DNA of 64,000 nucleotides from Carcharhinus longimanus (lineage: Eukaryota). The translations under genes and the position numbers were made by a program. Location of the stretch: positions 65,275,986 to 65,339,985 of the forward strand of contig JASCQW010000043.1 in NCBI GenBank assembly GCA_030264375.1. Direction: 5' to 3'. Every line of letters begins with the position of its first letter. Within the stretch, counting starts at the first letter, position 1. Shown here piece after piece: positions 63,621 to 64,000 of this stretch. The notes under the pieces are model-generated. The model saw only the letters and a program-made list of their open reading frames with translations. It searched no databases and had not been told where the DNA came from.

Positions 63621-64000
63621 GATGCAAAAGTGATAACACCATTTGCAACTTCCACCATGATGATCCAGTCCTGGTAGCTGCAACTGCTACTCCCTTCTCA
63701 AAATTACCTATTGTTCATTTAAGTGGAGAGCAGATCAGTGAGCATTGTATTATTGTTCAAATGTGTAGGAAGTTTTGTATAAAACTCCCAAATGTAAAAT
63801 ATTTCACCAGAAGATTCTGCTGATACAGATCAGTTGCAGACATTCAGGCCTGGAATTTACATATTCATGGAGATTCCAGGGACCTTCCAAAATGATGGGT
63901 GGGATCTCGAAACAAATTTCCTGGCCCTATTTCCATCAAATCCCAATATTGCTGGGAAGGCAGAGGAACAATGGCAGGCCATATGTGGGAATCCTGAACT

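Overview
This is eukaryotic (vertebrate) non-coding DNA. It is very likely from a shark or other cartilaginous fish, inferred from HE1-type V-SINEs, HER1/CR1 LINE tails and DeuSINE-like copies; the species cannot be fixed from sequence alone. I find no intact host protein-coding gene, rRNA, tRNA or CRISPR array. The ORF track is almost entirely decayed transposon fragments, antisense frames, or ORFs running through N gaps. The window is a nested mosaic of transposable elements: V-SINEs with two different 3' tails, CR1-group LINEs, Penelope-like elements with hammerhead-ribozyme-like termini, four Gypsy remnants, a solo LTR, a Tigger/pogo transposase relic, many PIF/Harbinger relics and MITEs, and a hAT MITE. 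AT-rich unique stretches between them may hold enhancers. The most notable structures are a TSD-flanked ~129-bp element with a head-to-head hammerhead-like palindrome, a V-SINE subfamily with a swapped 3' tail, an inverted transposase-core fragment lodged in-frame inside a Harbinger transposase, a hairpin with two TGATTGACAG motifs inside the Tigger relic, and 72-bp and 25-bp degenerate arrays. Element boundaries were read by eye and are approximate unless a TSD is given; family names come from recalled motifs, not database searches.
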